Part shown: piece by piece, positions 1-8,341 of the stretch
Position numbering within the stretch: position 1 is the first letter of the stretch
Layout of the letters: every line of letters starts with the position of its first letter
From: Armatimonadota bacterium
Lineage (GTDB): Bacteria > Armatimonadota > Hebobacteria > CAIYQO01
Reading direction: 5' to 3'
NCBI GenBank assembly: GCA_029553475.1
Contig: JAKPKV010000166.1
Span: 3,520-67,519, forward strand
Length of the DNA: 64,000 nt
Notes under the pieces: generated by a model
Seen by the model: the letters and a program-made list of their open reading frames with translations, nothing else
Told to the model about the DNA's origin: nothing
Database searches by the model: none
Made by a program: the position numbers and the translations under genes

Positions 1-407
1 TCGCCCGCCGCTCGCGCGGCACTCCGCGCATCGCCAACCGCCTGCTGCGCCGCGCGCGCGACTTCGCCCAGGTGAAGGCGGACGGCGTCATCACCCGCGA
101 GGTGGCGGACATCGCCCTCACCGCGCTGGGGGTGGACGGCCGCGGGCTGGACGAGCTGGACCGCAAGCTGCTGCGCACCATCATTGATTTTTACCAGGGC
201 GGCCCGGTGGGCGTGGAGGCGCTGGCCGCCACCCTCAACGAAGAGAGCGATACGCTGGTGGATATGGTGGAGCCGTTCCTGCTGAAGATCGGCTTCCTCA
301 GCCGCACCCCCAGCGGGCGCAAGACCACGCCGCTGGCCTACCAGCATTTTGGCCTGCAGCCCGGCCAATCCACGCTGCCGGGGCCGGGGAATTTGTTTAC
401 CGAATAG
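1..407 (+). CDS. ruvB: Holliday junction branch migration helicase RuvB, C-terminal part (5' end lies outside the window)
   Basis: Frame-0 translation from nt 3 reads ...[40 protein letters not shown]...LAYQHFGL, the conserved RuvB C-terminal winged-helix region; stop at 405-407. Confidence 0.9.
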   Translation, partial: ARRSRGTPRIANRLLRRARDFAQVKADGVITREVADIALTALGVDGRGLDELDRKLLRTIIDFYQGGPVGVEALAATLNEESDTLVDMVEPFLLKIGFLSRTPSGRKTTPLAYQHFGLQPGQSTLPGPGNLFTE

Positions 408-498
408 TCGTCTGGCCGTTACCTGTGCGTCATCTTCCGCAATCTCCCGGCAACGTGGGGGTGAGATACTCCGGTATCCTAACCCGTTGGAGGTAGCG

Positions 499-1161
499 AT
501 GCGCACACTCGTCGCAACACTGTTGCTGGCAGCCGGCCTGGCCGCGTTTGCCACCCCGTCCACGCTGGTGACCATCCCCAGCACCGACATGCAGGCCGCG
601 GGCACCTGGCGCCTCGGCGCCGACACCGTGGTGCCGATGACGGCATCCGAATCGGTGCCGTTCTTCGACCTCGGCCTCACCTACGGCGCCTCGCCGCGCG
701 TGGAAGTCGGCGTGGACTTCATCAGCCCCGCCGACACCCCGCTCTGGCTCAACGCGAAGGTGCTGGTGCTCACCCCCGCGCGGTCGCCGGTGCCCGTCGC
801 CGTCGGCGTCTACAACTTCGGCACGAACGAGGCGGAGAACCAGCGCGTGCTGTATGCCGTGGGCAGCTACGTGCTCCCCGTCGCCGACGGCCTCCGCCTC
901 ACCGCCGGCGCGTGGCAGGCGAATGATAAAGCGGCCGCCATCGGCACGGAAGACACCGGCATCATGCTCGGGCTGGACACCACGATCGGCAAGTGGTGGC
1001 TGGGCGCCGATTATGTGAGCGGCGACAGCGCGCTTGGCTCGGTCAATGTCGGAGTTGGCTACGCCCTGACGGATTCCATCGGGGTTATACTGGGGTATGA
1101 TCATTACAATGCCTCGGGCGCGACCGACGCGGTGAATTTTCAGCTCGATGTCAATTTTTGA
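499..1161 (+). CDS. hypothetical exported protein with a signal peptide, possibly a small outer-membrane beta-barrel (C-terminal ...FQLDVNF)
   Basis: ATG at 499 preceded by GGAGG; N-terminal MRTLVATLLLAAGLAAFA signal-like segment; beta-rich alternating pattern; C-terminal Phe. Confidence 0.6.
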   Translation: MRTLVATLLLAAGLAAFATPSTLVTIPSTDMQAAGTWRLGADTVVPMTASESVPFFDLGLTYGASPRVEVGVDFISPADTPLWLNAKVLVLTPARSPVPVAVGVYNFGTNEAENQRVLYAVGSYVLPVADGLRLTAGAWQANDKAAAIGTEDTGIMLGLDTTIGKWWLGADYVSGDSALGSVNVGVGYALTDSIGVILGYDHYNASGATDAVNFQLDVNF

Positions 1162-1218
1162 CCTGCCGCCGTCCTGTCAGGGATGACCACCGTGCGCCCA
1201 TGGGCGGAAAGGAGTCGT

Positions 1219-1389
1219 ATGAAGCCGGAAATTCAGCCCTTGCCCGCCCGCGAGCCGGGGGGCGCGCGCGGCAAAGAGGCCCGCGTCACCTGCCCGGTAT
1301 GCGGGGGAAGCGATAAACTGAAATGCACCCACGGCATGCTCGTCTGCACGCGCTGCTACTGGGCGACGGAATGGAAACAGGCCAGTTGA
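1219..1389 (+). CDS. small zinc-ribbon protein (CPVCGG...CTRCYW), function unknown
   Basis: ATG at 1219 preceded by GAAAGGAG; two CxxC pairs; only 56 aa, so a tentative call. Confidence 0.4.
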   Translation: MKPEIQPLPAREPGGARGKEARVTCPVCGGSDKLKCTHGMLVCTRCYWATEWKQAS

Positions 1390-1466
1390 CGCACTGACAG
1401 ACCACCCACGCGAGCCCGGCGGCCACCCCGCCGGGCTCGCGCGCTCAGCCCCCCGCTCGCGTTCGA

Positions 1467-2246
1467 CTACGGGCTCATCACCTGGCCGCCGGTGACGTTG
1501 ATCGCCTGGCCGGTCATGTAGCTGCTGGCGTCGCTGGCGAGGAAGACGACCATGTTGGTGATATCGTCGTAGCTGGCGCCGCGGCCCAGCGGCACCTGAC
1601 CCTCGTACATCTTGCGCACGTCCGCCACGCTCATGCCGCGGTTGCGCGCGTATTGCTCGAAGAGACTGTCCTGCCACAGCGGGCTGTCCAGCAGGTTGCC
1701 GGGGCAGATGGCGTTGGCGCGCGCGCCGTGCGGGGCCAGCTCCAGCGCCACCGACTGAATCAGGCCGATGGCGCCGAATTTCGACGCCGCGTACGCGCTG
1801 TTGCGGAAGGAGCCGCGCTTGCCGGATTTGGAGTTGATGGCGACGAGGGCGCCGCTCTGTTGCGTGATGAACTCGCGGGCGGCGTATTTACAGCAGAGCA
1901 TGGCGCCGACCAGGTTGACGTCAATCACCGTGCGCCACTTCGCCGCGTCCGCGTCTTCAATCGCCTCGGCGATGAGGATGCCGGCGTTGGCGACCATGAT
2001 ATCCAGCCGCCCCCAGCGCGCCACCGCGGCGGCGACCATCCCCGCCACCTGCGCTTCATCGGTGACGTCCACCGTATAGCTCATGGCCTCCGGCAGGTCC
2101 GCCGCCACCGTCGCGGCGTTCCCGCCGTTCAGATCGGCCACCAGCACTTTGCAGCCTTCCGCCGCCAGCCGCCGGCAAATCGCCTCGCCCAACCCCTGCC
2201 CGCCGCCGGTGACAATGGCGACGCGGCCCTCGATATTCGCTAACAT
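1467..2246 (-). CDS. SDR-family NAD(P)-dependent oxidoreductase (sorbitol-6-P / gluconate 5-dehydrogenase-like)
   Basis: IVTGGGQGLG Rossmann motif; NSKSG and YAASKFG catalytic Ser and Tyr-x3-Lys; AAGGGAG RBS 8 nt before the ATG at 2246. Confidence 0.85.
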   Translation of the reverse strand: MLANIEGRVAIVTGGGQGLGEAICRRLAAEGCKVLVADLNGGNAATVAADLPEAMSYTVDVTDEAQVAGMVAAAVARWGRLDIMVANAGILIAEAIEDADAAKWRTVIDVNLVGAMLCCKYAAREFITQQSGALVAINSKSGKRGSFRNSAYAASKFGAIGLIQSVALELAPHGARANAICPGNLLDSPLWQDSLFEQYARNRGMSVADVRKMYEGQVPLGRGASYDDITNMVVFLASDASSYMTGQAINVTGGQVMSP

Positions 2247-2268
2247 CACATGTTCTCCCTTGGACTCG

Positions 2269-2481
2269 CTAGGCAAATTTCAAGCGCCCGATCGGCAACG
2301 GGATCGGCCGATTGAGCGATGTTGCCGTTTCGATCCACTCGTTGATGATGATCTCGGCGTTGGCCAGCGCTTCCTGATACGTGCCGCCATCGGCCATGCA
2401 ACCCGGTAGCTCCGGCACTTCGGCAATGAAGGCATTATCTTCATTGCTCCAGTAAATGATAATTTCGTATTTAATCATCAT
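2269..2481 (-). CDS. hicB: HicB-family antitoxin (UPF0150)
   Basis: MMIKYEIIIYWSNEDNAFIAEVPELPGCMADGGTYQEALANAEIIINEWIE is a typical HicB; its start overlaps the stop of the upstream hicA-like ORF (ATGATGATTAA). Confidence 0.8.
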   Translation of the reverse strand: MMIKYEIIIYWSNEDNAFIAEVPELPGCMADGGTYQEALANAEIIINEWIETATSLNRPIPLPIGRLKFA

Positions 2482-2701
2482 CGCCCCCCAACTGGTATCG
2501 CACCAGCAATTCTCGTACCTGCCTCACCTGATATGGCTTTGCATGATGTCCCAACGGCTGCAGGTTAAGAATTTCGACCACACCTTCGCGGGTGAAGATG
2601 TGATGACTCCCGCGTATACGCTCGGTGAAACCGAGTGATCTCAACAGCGCACACAGTTCGCTGAAATCAATGTCAGCATTCGCCGCGCAATATCCGATTG
2701 A
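2471..2701 (-). CDS. hicA: HicA-family mRNA-interferase toxin-like ORF; no canonical start codon is found in frame (possible non-canonical start or a decaying gene)
   Basis: Minus-strand frame reads ...ADIDFSELCALLRSLGFTERIRGSHHIFTREGVVEILNLQPLGHHAKPYQVRQVRELL..., with the GSHH core of HicA/YcfA; bounded upstream by TGA at 2702-2704; no ATG, GTG or TTG in the open stretch. Confidence 0.5.
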   Translation of the reverse strand, partial: SIGYCAANADIDFSELCALLRSLGFTERIRGSHHIFTREGVVEILNLQPLGHHAKPYQVRQVRELLVRYQLGGDDD

Positions 2702-2873
2702 TCAGCCGCGAAAACTTTGTCATCAGGCTATCCTGCCTTCAGTATAACATGGCTCACTATTACCCGCCGACTTTTTCAGCAAACCCGACTCCGCTGACGC
2801 GTTCAGGCGCTCCAGCGCGGACGGGGGGAGAGCGCGGCGTGTCCCGGCTATCCGCGTCCAATAATGCTTTCAC

Positions 2874-3455
2874 TCACCGGGCGCGCAACTCCTGCTCCGC
2901 CGTGCGTTCAAGCGTCAACTCCATATAATATTCCGGCTCCTCGGCGAAGCCGCGGGCGGGGTCGGGCTGGCGGGTTTGCTCGCGGACGACGGTGAAGCCC
3001 ATGCTGGTGTAGAGTTTCACGGCGCGGGTGTTGGCGAGCTGCACGGTGAGGGACATGACCCGTGGGCCGACCTCGCGGGCGATGGCCAGCAGGCGGGTCA
3101 TCAGCGCGCGGCCCAGGCGCTGTCCCTGATAGGCCGGGCGGAGGCAGATGCCGAAGATGCTGGCCGGCGCGCCGTCGCTCCAGCGATACCAGGCGTAGCC
3201 CGCGATGCGCCGGTCCGCCGTTTCCGCCACCAGCACCACCTCCGTGGGACTGTCCGCGCGGCTGGCGTTGCGCAGCGCGTGTTCCCGGTCCAGCGGATAG
3301 GGGCAGTAGAAGCGGATATGCTCCGGCGGGATGTCCGCGTAGCAGTCCGCCAGCGCCTCGCCGTCCGCCGTGGTCAGCGGGCGGAGGTGGACCGTCTGGC
3401 CGTTCTTCAATACTATCGCCACGCCGGGAAAGCGTGCGTGATCCGCCGGGAGCAT
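2874..3455 (-). CDS. GNAT-family N-acetyltransferase
   Basis: MLPADHARF... start preceded by AAAGGAGG; acetyl-CoA binding motif RLLAIAREVG...QGQRLGRALMTRL; the upstream 143 codons of the track ORF are a high-GC artefact. Confidence 0.8.
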   Translation of the reverse strand: MLPADHARFPGVAIVLKNGQTVHLRPLTTADGEALADCYADIPPEHIRFYCPYPLDREHALRNASRADSPTEVVLVAETADRRIAGYAWYRWSDGAPASIFGICLRPAYQGQRLGRALMTRLLAIAREVGPRVMSLTVQLANTRAVKLYTSMGFTVVREQTRQPDPARGFAEEPEYYMELTLERTAEQELRAR

Positions 3456-3514
3456 GGCGCCTCCTTTGTGAGAGCCGTCGGTGTCGTGCGAAGTGCAACT
3501 CCGCGGCCCCAGGG

Positions 3515-4798
3515 TTATTCGGTTCGCGCGTCTGCCATCTCGCGCAGCATCGCCAGGTTGGCCTCCAGCAGCATCGCGCTGCCGCGCGGGGCGACGAGGG
3601 TGACGGTGGAGATGAGGCTTTCGTAGCCGCCGGCCTGCCAGGCTTGCTCGGTGATGAGGTACCCCAGGGCGCCGTTCGCCAGCTCCACCGGGTAGGTCCA
3701 CGGGAAGGGGCTCTCCGCCTTCACGCGCAGGCCGAGCTCCACGAAGAGCTCGCCGGGGAAGGTGGCGAAGGCGACGTCGCCGATATGGAAGGCGGCGGCG
3801 CGCGCCGGCAGCGCCTGGGGGTCGAGCCGCCGCAGATCGCGCTGCGTGTCGCGGAAGAACGCCTGCTCGCGCGGCGCCCACTGCGCGGCGCGCAGCCGGT
3901 CCTCGCTATCCAGATGCACGTCGCGCGGCGGCAGGCACAGCGCGCGCTGGCGCACCCCCAGCACCGGCGTCAGTTCACGCCCGCCGGCATCCAGGCGGGC
4001 GATGATCGTCTCCGCCAGTGCCTCGCCGATCTCGCGGGTGGGGCGTATCGGATTCAGGTCGCCGCAGGCGCCTGGCATGAAGAGGGTGATGACGCCGGGT
4101 CCGTAGCGCTCGCGCAGCCGCGCCGCCACCACCGCCGGGTAGTCGCCGCTGAACGCGGACCCCCAGCGCGCATTCGCGTGCAGCGCGAAGGTGTAGAGCA
4201 CGGCGCGCACGCCGCCGTCGTCCGCGAAGGCGACGATGCCCACCTCCGGGTCAATGGGTCCGGCGGCGCCCACGGCCTGCACGTCCTCCTCGCCGCCGTG
4301 CAGCAGCCAGGTGTTGATCTCGCGGCCGTCTTTGTAGCGCAGGCGGCGGTTATGCGCCAGATCGCAGCAGTAGCCCCGCGCCCGGCGGGCGCGCATCGGC
4401 GCTTTCGCCGCGTCGGCGCGGCGCACGCACTCGGCGAAGCGCGCGAGGAGGGTCTCCCGCCAGGCGTAGTCCACCGGATCCGGCTCGGTGCTCGGCAAGT
4501 AGTTCACCGTGGCCGGCCCGCTGTGGGTGTGCGAGCAGCTCCAGACGATATGGCCGGCGGGGATGCCCGTCGCCGCCTCCGCCGCCGCCGTCAGGCGCGC
4601 CCCGAAGGCGCCGTCCAGCGCGATCAGATCGAAGATGGCGTACGCCAGCCGCGTGCGCCCGTCGTCCAGCACCAGCGCCTTCACGTACAGCGGGTCATAC
4701 ACCCCGGTGGACGCCCGGGGCTGCAGCGCCCCCGCCATCAACGCGCCGACCGGCGGCGTGATCTCCACTTCAGCGGCGCCGACGAGGAGGTGAGACAT
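3515..4798 (-). CDS. neutral/alkaline non-lysosomal ceramidase-like hydrolase
   Basis: N-terminal GALMAGA...YDPLYVKALVL...WSCSHTHSGP motifs characteristic of the neutral ceramidase N-domain; 427 aa. Confidence 0.6.
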   Translation of the reverse strand: MSHLLVGAAEVEITPPVGALMAGALQPRASTGVYDPLYVKALVLDDGRTRLAYAIFDLIALDGAFGARLTAAAEAATGIPAGHIVWSCSHTHSGPATVNYLPSTEPDPVDYAWRETLLARFAECVRRADAAKAPMRARRARGYCCDLAHNRRLRYKDGREINTWLLHGGEEDVQAVGAAGPIDPEVGIVAFADDGGVRAVLYTFALHANARWGSAFSGDYPAVVAARLRERYGPGVITLFMPGACGDLNPIRPTREIGEALAETIIARLDAGGRELTPVLGVRQRALCLPPRDVHLDSEDRLRAAQWAPREQAFFRDTQRDLRRLDPQALPARAAAFHIGDVAFATFPGELFVELGLRVKAESPFPWTYPVELANGALGYLITEQAWQAGGYESLISTVTLVAPRGSAMLLEANLAMLREMADARTE

Positions 4799-4873
4799 GG
4801 GTCGCTCCTTAGTCCGAGAGGGTAGGCCCTGCCCCCGCGTAAGGGGAAAAGGCGCTACGGGGTACGGGGAAAT

Positions 4874-5839
4874 TTACGGTCCTGGCGAGAGAGAGAGACA
4901 ACGGAACCCAACGTTGATGCTCCAGTAGTCCGGGCTGAAGTAGTAGCGGAGCGCGCCGCGGCAGTAGCCCTCGCCGTTGAGCCACGAGCCGCCCCGCAGC
5001 ACACGGTTATCGCCCGTCGCCGGGCCGGTGGGGTTGCGTGACGGCGCCGTCTTGTAGTAATCGGACTGGTACCAATCCGCGCACCACTCCCACACATTGC
5101 CCGCCAGGTCGTGCGCCCCGCACCAGCTTACACCCACCGGAAAACTCCCGGCCGGCCAGGTGCTGATGTCCTTGCTGGATGAGTTGGAGGAGTTCGCACA
5201 CTTCGCCCCGTCCCAGGCGTTCCCCCACGGGTAGAGGCGCCCGTCCGTCCCCCGCGCCGCTTTCTCCCACTGCGCCTCTGGGGGGAGTGACACGCCCGCC
5301 CAGTCCGCGTAGGCTGTCGCGTCGTGCCAGGTCACGTTCACGATGGGGTGCCCCTGCAGCGCCGTGTCCGTCCAGCCGCCCTTTCCCGCCCAACTCCGGC
5401 CGGGGGGGAAGCGCGGCAGCGCCCGCCCCGTGGCTTGACAAAACGCCCGGTATTGCGCCACCGTCACCTCGTACTTGTAGATCCAGTAGCCGTCCAGGTA
5501 GACGCGGCGCTGGGGACGCTCATCGCTGAAGCCCTCCTTGTCCGTGCTCCCCATCAAAAACTCCCCCGCCGGAACCCACGCCATCACCGCGCCATCCTTC
5601 GGGTTCGTCCGCGCTTTCGCGCGCGCCGGCGGCGGCTCCTGGCCCTTCCACGGCCCAGGGCGCAAGCCGTAGCCGATGGCCGTCAGCGCGAGGAGAAAGA
5701 ACAGGCCGGCGAGGAAGATGCCATAGCGCTTGAGGGGCCGTCCTGGGTGGGCGCGCGCGTGCAGCGCCGTCTCCGCCCCGCAGGCCGGGCAGGTGAGCGC
5801 GCCGGGAGGGAGGTGGTGGCCGCAGTGGTGGCAACTCAT
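4874..5839 (-). CDS. membrane-anchored FGE-sulfatase (SUMF1/formylglycine-generating enzyme-like) domain protein with an N-terminal zinc ribbon
   Basis: CHHCGHH...CPACG zinc ribbon, one TM helix (IFLAGLFFLLALTAIGYGL), then the FGE fold signature ...RGGSWLNGEGYCRGALRYYFSPDYWSINVGFRC. Confidence 0.8.
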   Translation of the reverse strand: MSCHHCGHHLPPGALTCPACGAETALHARAHPGRPLKRYGIFLAGLFFLLALTAIGYGLRPGPWKGQEPPPARAKARTNPKDGAVMAWVPAGEFLMGSTDKEGFSDERPQRRVYLDGYWIYKYEVTVAQYRAFCQATGRALPRFPPGRSWAGKGGWTDTALQGHPIVNVTWHDATAYADWAGVSLPPEAQWEKAARGTDGRLYPWGNAWDGAKCANSSNSSSKDISTWPAGSFPVGVSWCGAHDLAGNVWEWCADWYQSDYYKTAPSRNPTGPATGDNRVLRGGSWLNGEGYCRGALRYYFSPDYWSINVGFRCLSLSPGP

Positions 5840-6267
5840 CGTTCACGCTCTATGCCAGTCTGTTTGCAAATCCGGCGCTTGTACGCCGGGTCTTCCGCTG
5901 CAATGGAATCGCCTTCCTCCCAACAGTATTCCTCTGCTGCCGTTGCTGTCAAACCGGTCGCCTCACTCTTGTTGCCCGCGGGCGCGCGGCGATCCGCCGC
6001 GCCGCCCATCCCGGCTCCATGCCCGCCCGCCCGCGGCGCCGTTGACCGCCGCCCGCCCCCGGTGATAGGATGGGTGAAATGCACACACGTAAGAAACTCT
6101 CTCAACATGGATCGCAACCGGATTGCGGAGGATTTTGCGTGTCTGGCAAGGCGGATGTCCGAAGAGTGTATGAGGCCATACATGCTCGGACATCCAACGC
6201 GGCCAGGCGCGAAAAAGACCCGCAAGACGGCTGCGAGACGTGTTGAGAGAGTTTCTAAAGGAGCCGT

Positions 6268-8139
6268 ATGCCTGAATCCTTTTCCCTCGCGGTCGCGGCG
6301 CTGCCGGTTGATGAGCTGATGCGCGTGCTGGAGGCGGATGCGCCGGCGCTGCGCGCGTATCTGGGGCGGGAGATTTACGCGCAGGAGGACCCCGCCTACC
6401 TGGAGGCGGGGCGGGCGCGGCTGCTGGAGACGCTGCGGCTGCACCGCGAGCGGGTCGGGAACCGGCCGACGTGGCTGCTGCGCGCGCCGGGGCGGCTGAA
6501 CGCCTTCCTCGAATACCTGGACATGTGCGACGGCGACCATATGTCCACCACCATTGACGGCGACATCCCCATCGCGGTGTCGCCGCGCGAGGACGATCTG
6601 CTGGACGTGGGCAACACCCATCCCCTCTTCCCGCCGCAGCGGCTCGCGGTGCGCGCGGCCTTTCGTGACTTCACCGAGGCGCCCTTCGCCACGAAAGCGG
6701 TGGCGGGGATGGCGGACAACTGGGACACGCGCTCGCTGCTCTTCCCCTACTACGGGCGCGAGCAGGGGCACTGGCTGAACTACGTGCTGAGCCCCTACAT
6801 GCGCGTGCTGTGGGAGCATCCGGAGCTGCCGCTGTGCGGGGCGGACATCACCTTCGGCCCGGCCACTGTGCCCTTCCGCGCCGGCACCAGCTCCTCCTCG
6901 GCGGTGGTGGTGCTCGCCTTCCTGGCGATGTGGCTGACGAACCGCGAGCATCTGCCGGCGTGGTCGAAGACGGAGGTCTGCCGCCTGCTGGGCGAGGCGG
7001 AGTGGTACGTGGGCACGCACGGCGGCGCCAATGACCAGATGACCATCCTGCTGAATCCGGCGAACAGCGTCAGCTACAACCGCCACTCGCGCGCCGAGCT
7101 CGGCTCCACCCCGCTGCCCTTCCTGCGCGGCGTGCACGTGGTGCTGGCCAATTCGCTGTGGGAAGTGAACAAGAGCGCCGGCGGCAACCAGAGTTTCAAT
7201 ATGCGCAAGGGCTGGATGCAGATGGGCGACGAGCTGGCGCGGCTGGTCATCGCCGCCGCCTACGCGGCCATCCAAGCGGGCGCGGCGGCGCAGCCGGGCT
7301 GGCTGACGGCGCTGATGGCGCGCAAGTTCAATTTCACCCCCGGCCAGCCGCCGGAGCTGCTGGAGCGCCGCCCGGACTACTGGGAGCAACTCGCCACCAA
7401 ATACCACAAGTTCGGCAGCCTGCACGAGGAGATCCTCGGCATTCCCGCGGCGGCCATCGAGGAGTTCATCGCGATCCTGCCGGTGAAGATCACCCCGGCG
7501 GAGGCGGGCAAGATCCTCGGCCTGCGCCGCGAGGCGGTCGAGCGCATCTACACCTCCCCCCGCCGCGACATTGGCGGCTATCACATCCGCACCACCGCGC
7601 GGTTTTTCCACCGGCAGAATATCATCGGCCGCCGGCTGGAGGCGATCTTCCTTGAGGCGGAGGCGCGCATCGCCGCCGGCGACCTCACCCCGGACTCCCC
7701 GGACTACGACACCTACCGCCATGAAGTGGGCGTGCTGGTGGACGATCTGCAGGACGCCCTCACCTTCGATTTTCGCGTCTCCGTGCCGCAGCTCGACCTG
7801 CTGCTCAGCATCGCCAAGCGCGGCCCCGGCTACCTGGGCGGCAAGCTGACCGGCGCCGGCAAGGGCGGCTGCGTCTCCATCCTGACGCGCGGCGAGTCCT
7901 CCCACGCCATGTGCGCTTATCTCGACCGCGAATACTACGGCAAGCCGGAGCGTTTCGAGACCTACCGCCAGATGCTGGAAGACGACCTGCGCTACAGCGC
8001 CCCCGGCAGCCGCGAGTATGAGTCCGCCCAGGAGCGCCTGCATATCCTCGAGTCCGCCCTCGCCCACATCACCGATCAGCGCCGCGTGGTCACCTTCAGC
8101 CGCGGCGCCTGCCCGCTGGAGCTGGGAGGGAAGGGGTGA
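6268..8139 (+). CDS. GHMP-family sugar kinase (galactokinase-like), unusually long at 623 aa
   Basis: Galactokinase signature APGRLNAFLEYLDMCDGD; GHMP motif PFRAGTSSSSAVVVLAF; C-terminal GAGKGGCVSIL; AAAGGAG RBS before the ATG at 6268. Confidence 0.7.
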   Translation: MPESFSLAVAALPVDELMRVLEADAPALRAYLGREIYAQEDPAYLEAGRARLLETLRLHRERVGNRPTWLLRAPGRLNAFLEYLDMCDGDHMSTTIDGDIPIAVSPREDDLLDVGNTHPLFPPQRLAVRAAFRDFTEAPFATKAVAGMADNWDTRSLLFPYYGREQGHWLNYVLSPYMRVLWEHPELPLCGADITFGPATVPFRAGTSSSSAVVVLAFLAMWLTNREHLPAWSKTEVCRLLGEAEWYVGTHGGANDQMTILLNPANSVSYNRHSRAELGSTPLPFLRGVHVVLANSLWEVNKSAGGNQSFNMRKGWMQMGDELARLVIAAAYAAIQAGAAAQPGWLTALMARKFNFTPGQPPELLERRPDYWEQLATKYHKFGSLHEEILGIPAAAIEEFIAILPVKITPAEAGKILGLRREAVERIYTSPRRDIGGYHIRTTARFFHRQNIIGRRLEAIFLEAEARIAAGDLTPDSPDYDTYRHEVGVLVDDLQDALTFDFRVSVPQLDLLLSIAKRGPGYLGGKLTGAGKGGCVSILTRGESSHAMCAYLDREYYGKPERFETYRQMLEDDLRYSAPGSREYESAQERLHILESALAHITDQRRVVTFSRGACPLELGGKG

Positions 8140-8145
8140 CGGGGC

Positions 8146-8308
8146 GTATGCGCCACGATAGGGTTCGCGTATCCTTCGTACTCGTACTCATCGGAGCGCC
8201 CATTGGAGCGCGGACATCCTGTCCGCACGTATCTGATTTCGAGTACGACTACGAGCACGAGTACGAGCACGAGTACGAGCACGAGTACGAGACGAGCGCT
8301 GACGCGCT
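8146..8308. repeat. dispersed ~160-bp repeat element, copy L; contains an internal palindrome GCGGACATCCTGTCCGC and a GAG(Y)AC hexamer tandem array
   Basis: Reverse complement is a close match to 15283-15411 (same ends AGCGCTGACGCGC / TATGCG.CACGATAGGGTTCGCGTATCCTTCGTA), differing mainly in tandem-repeat copy number. Confidence 0.85.
8241..8292. repeat. hexanucleotide tandem repeat GAG(T/C)AC, ~8.5 units (12-bp GAGCACGAGTAC x ~4)
   Basis: Read directly: gagtac gactac gagcac gagtac gagcac gagtac gagcac gagtac gagacg. Confidence 0.9.
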
Positions 8309-8341
8309 GATGGCGCGTATGGGGTGAAGGCGGGGGGACGC

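Noticed and set aside
4799-4873. Possible tRNA or small RNA in short intergenic gaps (4799-4873, 62884-63221)
   Set aside because: No tRNA-like T-arm (GTTCGAATC-type) or acceptor-stem complementarity found on either strand
5836-8067. 743-aa ORF on the minus strand opposite the GHMP kinase gene
   Set aside because: Arg/Ala/Gly-rich featureless translation typical of the antisense frame of a high-GC gene; the plus-strand ORF has clear GHMP motifs and an RBS
8241-8292. CRISPR array
   Set aside because: Repeat units are 6-12 bp, contiguous with no spacers; no cas genes in the window
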